A program made the translations under genes and the position numbers. The notes below the pieces were generated by a model. The model saw only the letters and a list, made by a program, of their open reading frames with translations, searched no databases and was not told the origin of the DNA. 64,000 bases of DNA. Origin: Escherichia coli (GTDB taxonomy: Bacteria; Pseudomonadota; Gammaproteobacteria; Enterobacterales; Enterobacteriaceae). Location: NCBI RefSeq assembly GCF_044324875.1, contig NZ_CP172185.1; one strand, given 5' to 3'. This document shows positions 59,264 through 64,000 of the stretch, one piece after another (positions within the stretch are counted from its first letter, which is position 1; the number at the start of each line of letters is the position of its first letter).

Positions 59264-60756
59264 AATGTGTGCTCCTTGATGCGGGCGTGAAAGCCCTGAA
59301 GTGCGGCAATGAGATGCTGATAGCGTTGGTATTTTTGTTGGTAAAGCTGATGTGCGGTCATATCCGGCAGCAGGGTGCGTACCGGGTGCTGTAAATCACG
59401 TTGGGCTTCGCTGAAATCGCGATAAACTCCGGTGCCGACGCGGGCGGCAAGTGCCGCACCAAAGCAGCCGGTTTCTTCCACCTGCGGCAGTTCGATACGC
59501 AGCCCGCTGACGTCCGCCAGCATTTGCATCCAGACATCGGAATGCGCCGGGCCGCCAGTGACGCGCAGGGTGTGCACATCAGTAAAACGTTCGCGCATCC
59601 GGTTGAGATGGGTCATATGGCTGAACACCACGCCTTCATAAATGGCCTGCAACAGGTGTGCGCGGGTGTGAATGGCCTGCATCCCGTAGAAACCGCTGGT
59701 CATCTCGAGTCCGGCGTTGCTGCCGTACAGGAACGGCAGGAAAAAGAGATCGCCCCCGGCCTTTGGCAAGCTGGCAACGGCCTGGTTAATCTCATCAAAC
59801 GAGATTTCTCCCCACTGTGCGGTAAACCATTCGAGGTTGCCGGAAGAGGTGGGGCTGGCTTCGTGAACGATAAATTGACCATCGTTAACGTAGCGACCAT
59901 AGACATACGGATGCGCTTCACCGTCACGTAAACCACGGGTTATGCCGCTGGTCACCGCCCAGGTTCCCATCACCGCATTGAGGGTGAATTCGTCTTCGAT
60001 CCCGGCGCAGAGTGCGGTGGAAACCACATCAAACAGGCCGCCGACAACGGGCGTACCCGCTTTCAGACCGGTCAGTGCGGCTGTCTGAGCGGTGATCTCC
60101 CCGCAGATTTCGGCAGATCCGACAACAGGCGGCAGGGCGTGGTTGATTTCAGCGATCCCCAGCCAGTCGGTGAGGCACGGGTCATATTCCCCAAGACTCA
60201 TGTTGTAGAGATTGGACTCAGAAATATTGCTCTCTTCGCAACCTTTGACGCCGGTTAAACACCAGCGCAGGTAGTCGTGCGTCATCATCACGCAGCCAAT
60301 TTGCGCGTAGCGTTCCGGTTCGTGCTCTTTCAGCCAGCGTAATAGCGACACCGGATGCCCGGTCCACAAGGTTTGTCGCGTCAGCGGGTAGAGTTTTTCC
60401 GGGATGCCATCTTCCTGCCAGCGACGAACGATTTCCATCGCCCGGCGATCCGAGGACAAAATGGCGTTACCGAGCGGCTTGTCGTTTTTATCCAGCAAAA
60501 ACAAGCCCTTTCCCTGTGCGGAGATGCCGATACCGACTATTTGTTCCCCGCTAACACCAGAATGAGTAAGCAGGGGGCGAATGACAGCCATGCAGCATTG
60601 CCACAGTTCTGCCATATCGCGCTCTGCCCAGCCTGGCTGCGGGCTTAATGCGCACAGCGGCAGGCGTTGTACGCCTGCCTCCCGGCCTTCGCGGTCATAC
60701 AGCCCGGCTTTCAGCCAGCTACCGCCACAATCTAACCCCAGCCAGTATTGCGTCAT
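59260..60756 (-). CDS. lyxK: L-xylulose/3-keto-L-gulonate kinase (FGGY family)
   Basis: 498-aa sequence matching LyxK. Confidence 0.9.
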   Translation of the reverse strand: MTQYWLGLDCGGSWLKAGLYDREGREAGVQRLPLCALSPQPGWAERDMAELWQCCMAVIRPLLTHSGVSGEQIVGIGISAQGKGLFLLDKNDKPLGNAILSSDRRAMEIVRRWQEDGIPEKLYPLTRQTLWTGHPVSLLRWLKEHEPERYAQIGCVMMTHDYLRWCLTGVKGCEESNISESNLYNMSLGEYDPCLTDWLGIAEINHALPPVVGSAEICGEITAQTAALTGLKAGTPVVGGLFDVVSTALCAGIEDEFTLNAVMGTWAVTSGITRGLRDGEAHPYVYGRYVNDGQFIVHEASPTSSGNLEWFTAQWGEISFDEINQAVASLPKAGGDLFFLPFLYGSNAGLEMTSGFYGMQAIHTRAHLLQAIYEGVVFSHMTHLNRMRERFTDVHTLRVTGGPAHSDVWMQMLADVSGLRIELPQVEETGCFGAALAARVGTGVYRDFSEAQRDLQHPVRTLLPDMTAHQLYQQKYQRYQHLIAALQGFHARIKEHTL

Positions 60757-60759
60757 GGT

Positions 60760-61746
60760 TTATTGCACCTCATCCACGGCTTTCAGCAGATCAGCTCCCT
60801 GCGGCACATCTTTAACAAACATGTCGCGAACCTGATTCCCCAGTGCGTCGCTAAAGGCTTTGCGGTCGAGATCGGTGATGACTTCCACGCCCGCTTCTTT
60901 CATGCCGTCGATGATTTTTTGCTGATCTTCGGCAACCAGTTTGCGCTGGTAGTTACCCGCTTCCTGCGCAGATGAGATCAGCGCCTGCTGGAACTCCGGG
61001 GTTAAGCCGTCAAACTTCGCTTTGTTGATCACCACCAGAAGTGGCGAATAGGCGTGGTGCGTCAGAGAAAGGTACTTCTGTACTTCGAAAAATTTTGCTG
61101 ACCAGACGACGTTGATCGGGTGTTCCTGAGCGTCGATAGTGCGCGTTTCCAGCCCGGTATAGACTTCGGCAAACGGCATCGGGATCGGGTTAGCGCCAAA
61201 GACTTTGAATGCGGCGATATTCATCGGGCTATTGTTGGTGCGAATTTTCAGCCCTTTCAGGTCGGCGGGGGTTTTAACCGGTGCGCGCGAGTTGGTGACA
61301 TCGCGCCAGCCGTTTTCCCAGTAGGCAAGTACTTTCAGTCCTTTACCTTCAAGGGAGACTTTCAGGTCATCACCGACTTTGCCGTCGAGCGTTTTATGCG
61401 CGTGAGCGGTATCGCGGAACAGGAAAGGGACATCAAGCAGGTTGATGACGGGCGAGAGTCCCGTAAAGTTATTGGAGCCGGACATCTCCATATCAATAGT
61501 GCCGCCACGCACGCCGCTGATCATCGCCTGCGCATTACCGAGGGTGCTATCCGGAAACAATTTTAATTTCAGTTCGCCTTTGGTTTTTTCCTGTAATAAT
61601 TCATTGAATTTTTTCGCTGCAATATGTTGCGAGTCGGTTTGCGATGTTTCATAACCGAAACGTAATGATTGTGCCGCCAGAGAAGATGTGCTGAACGCCG
61701 CCACTCCGGCAATTAATAAAGCGTAGGTTACAGAACGTAATTTCAT
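60760..61746 (-). CDS. yiaO: TRAP transporter periplasmic solute-binding protein (2,3-diketo-L-gulonate)
   Basis: 328 aa with signal peptide, DctP family. Confidence 0.9.
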   Translation of the reverse strand: MKLRSVTYALLIAGVAAFSTSSLAAQSLRFGYETSQTDSQHIAAKKFNELLQEKTKGELKLKLFPDSTLGNAQAMISGVRGGTIDMEMSGSNNFTGLSPVINLLDVPFLFRDTAHAHKTLDGKVGDDLKVSLEGKGLKVLAYWENGWRDVTNSRAPVKTPADLKGLKIRTNNSPMNIAAFKVFGANPIPMPFAEVYTGLETRTIDAQEHPINVVWSAKFFEVQKYLSLTHHAYSPLLVVINKAKFDGLTPEFQQALISSAQEAGNYQRKLVAEDQQKIIDGMKEAGVEVITDLDRKAFSDALGNQVRDMFVKDVPQGADLLKAVDEVQ

Positions 61747-61758
61747 TATGATTTCCTT

Positions 61759-63036
61759 TTAACTCATCCATTTAAGAGGAGCGGTAATGAGCTCCGGTAT
61801 AAAAATAAATAATGCTAACAACATGAATAAAACCATGACGTAAGGCGCAACGCCTTTTACCGCATCGTCAAATTTAAGTTTCGCTACGCCGCATACCACG
61901 TTAAGAACATTACCGACCGGAGGCGTAATCAGTGATATTGAACAGTTGATAATAAACATGATGCCGAAATAGACCGGATCTATTCCCGCTTCTTTCACTA
62001 ATGGCATTAATACTGGTGTAAGAATTAATACGGTAGGCGTTAAGTCCATGACCGTACTGATCACCATAATAGCGAGCATAATAACGATGAATAATAAGCG
62101 AGGCGAATCAACCAACGGTTGTAATAGCTCCGATACCATCATGGGTAATTCGGCGATCGTAATAAGCCATGCAGATACCTCAGCAGAGGCCACCAGGAAC
62201 ATCACCACGGAAGTGGTTTTCGCCGCGTTAATCAGGACATGATAAAGCGTGGAGAAGGTCATTTCGCGATAGACCACCACCGAGACGAACAGAGCGTAGA
62301 AGGCGGCAACCGCGCCTGCTTCGGTCGGTGTAAATAACCCCGAACGGAAACCGCCAATAATAATTATCGGTAAAAAGAGCGCCCAAATACCGGAAACTAA
62401 GGATTGCCAGACTTCTCGCAGTGAGGCTTTCGGCTGACAAGGTAAATTCAGTCGTTTTGCCTGCCACCACCAGGTAACCATCAGCGTGACACCCATCATG
62501 ATGCCCGGTGCGATGCCCGCCATAAACAGTTTGCTGATGGAGAGTCCGCTGGAGACGCCGAAGATAATGAGCGGAATAGAGGGCGGGATAATGGCCGCAA
62601 TAATACCCCCGGAACCGATAAGCCCGGCGGCGCGGTTTACCGGATAGTTGGCCTGGCGCATCATCGGCACCAGCAGTGCCGCAACAGCTGCGGTATCAGC
62701 AACAGCAGAACCGGACAGGCTTGCCATGATCATCGCTGCCAGCACGCCCACGTAACCCAGACCGCCTGGTCTGTGGCCCACCAGTTTCATTGGCAAGTCG
62801 ACAATACGTTGCGACAGGCCGCCTGCGTTCATGATCTCACCCGCCAGCACAAAGAAGGGAATGGCTAACAGGGAGAAGCTGTCTGCGCCATTTACCAACG
62901 TTTGCGCCAGAATCTGGACATCGAAGATGTCCATCCAGAACATCAATGAGATGCCGCACAGTAATAATGCCCAGGCGATGGGAACGCCAAGAGCGATAGC
63001 CCCTAACAAACTGACAATAAATATAAGGATTGTCAT
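61759..63036 (-). CDS. yiaN: TRAP transporter large permease
   Basis: ORF track 5'-overextended; trimmed to MTILIFIVSLLG (425 aa), DctM family. Confidence 0.88.
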   Translation of the reverse strand: MTILIFIVSLLGAIALGVPIAWALLLCGISLMFWMDIFDVQILAQTLVNGADSFSLLAIPFFVLAGEIMNAGGLSQRIVDLPMKLVGHRPGGLGYVGVLAAMIMASLSGSAVADTAAVAALLVPMMRQANYPVNRAAGLIGSGGIIAAIIPPSIPLIIFGVSSGLSISKLFMAGIAPGIMMGVTLMVTWWWQAKRLNLPCQPKASLREVWQSLVSGIWALFLPIIIIGGFRSGLFTPTEAGAVAAFYALFVSVVVYREMTFSTLYHVLINAAKTTSVVMFLVASAEVSAWLITIAELPMMVSELLQPLVDSPRLLFIVIMLAIMVISTVMDLTPTVLILTPVLMPLVKEAGIDPVYFGIMFIINCSISLITPPVGNVLNVVCGVAKLKFDDAVKGVAPYVMVLFMLLALFIFIPELITAPLKWMS

Positions 63037-63038
63037 CG

Positions 63039-63506
63039 TCAGGCTCCTTGTTGTTTTCGGCTGGGGGTATTTGTGAACTGCCGGTATAAGTGACGCAATT
63101 CCAGCAATGCGATAATCAGACTGGTGGGGATAGCGGCGGCGTACATTAAGCCAACGGGGACGCCAAGAATGGGCGATAAGTTGCTCCAGTCTTGCGCTGT
63201 TTTTTCTATAGCGCCCCAGGCCAGCCCCAGACACAGCAATAAAATGAGCGTATGGGTTAGCAGCGAAACACGTTGTTGATTAGCAGGTGAGAGTTTTTCG
63301 ACTAAAAAAGTAACCTGCACATGGCTGTTGTCCATATAAGCAACGATTGCGCCAATAAAGGTTAACCAGACAAATAAAAGTCGGGATAATTCATCAATCG
63401 ATAATATACTTGTGTGGAATCCATATCGAAGAATGATATTAATAAAAATAATACAAGACAGTATTGCGATGATGATCGCAAGAATGCCTTCGAGTATCCG
63501 TTTCAT
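63039..63506 (-). CDS. yiaM: TRAP transporter small permease
   Basis: 155-aa 4-TM protein, DctQ family. Confidence 0.88.
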   Translation of the reverse strand: MKRILEGILAIIIAILSCIIFINIILRYGFHTSILSIDELSRLLFVWLTFIGAIVAYMDNSHVQVTFLVEKLSPANQQRVSLLTHTLILLLCLGLAWGAIEKTAQDWSNLSPILGVPVGLMYAAAIPTSLIIALLELRHLYRQFTNTPSRKQQGA

Positions 63507-63620
63507 AACGAGTCCTTCTTGTTATGCTATATGTTTTCATTAATTGATATTATTGGTATTCGTAATATTTATTGGAAAGCGACTAATCAGAGATTCAATG
63601 TGCTATTTAAGTGAAACGGA

Positions 63621-64000
63621 TTAACGAGATTCATTCAGAGAGTGAATGCCGTTACGTAATATTTCGATGCGATGGTGCACATCAGCCGTCGCATTTATTT
63701 CCAGTAGCTTGATCCCAGCAAAATGCAATGTTGACGATTCTGCTACATTAAATAACTCGCGAACATGATCTGTGGTCATCAGGCTTTCTGCGCAGAATGG
63801 TGCAAACGGCGCGTGTAAATCCTGCCATTCTCCGTATGCTCCGTTTAGCGTCGTACCAGAGAACATCAACGCGCCGAGTTTTCCGGCTTGTTTCGCCATT
63901 TGGGTATGGGTCAGCGGCAACGCTGTATTGCGCCCTTCAATAGCGGAGCGCGCCCAGTTTATACAGATGCTGATGTCATAATCGGCAATAACTTCCAGCA
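63621..64000 (-). CDS. yiaL: DUF386-family protein (partial; 5' end beyond window)
   Basis: C-terminal portion matching YiaL at the conserved position upstream of yiaM. Confidence 0.7.
   Translation of the reverse strand, partial: LEVIADYDISICINWARSAIEGRNTALPLTHTQMAKQAGKLGALMFSGTTLNGAYGEWQDLHAPFAPFCAESLMTTDHVRELFNVAESSTLHFAGIKLLEINATADVHHRIEILRNGIHSLNESR

Overview
This window reads as an Escherichia coli-type chromosomal segment, recognised from the translated ORFs (no search was run), in reverse orientation relative to the K-12 map. It runs from the LPS core (waa) locus through kbl-tdh, envC-gpmM, the grxC-secB-gpsA-cysE block, lldPRD, the mtl operon, selAB, aldB, and into the sgb/yia L-xylulose and TRAP transporter cluster. 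Most of it is conserved housekeeping content; I found no CRISPR array, prophage, tRNA or rRNA. The strain-variable parts are: (1) an AT-rich central waa operon whose gene order (waaG-P-I-Y-J-D, then convergent waaL) matches the R3 core type rather than K-12; (2) an apparently intact 1443-bp IS150 copy sitting in the loop of the cysE/trmL intergenic hairpin; (3) a 1674-aa trimeric autotransporter adhesin with internal tandem DNA repeats, preceded by a SadB-like lipoprotein gene; (4) a direct junction between yibH and yibF where K-12 carries the RhsA element; (5) a roughly 4.5-kb insert between yiaT and sgbE encoding a GH127-family glycosidase, a GPH-family symporter and an AraC-type regulator; and (6) two paralogous, uncharacterised DUF3302/HlyD-like gene pairs (yibI-yibH and yiaW-yiaV) about 9 kb apart. 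I see no clear evidence of a wholly new system; the best candidates for under-described biology are items 5 and 6 and the lipoprotein-adhesin pair. Coordinates of short features (terminators, operators, REPs) were counted by eye and may be off by a few bases; all homology calls are from memory of protein families.
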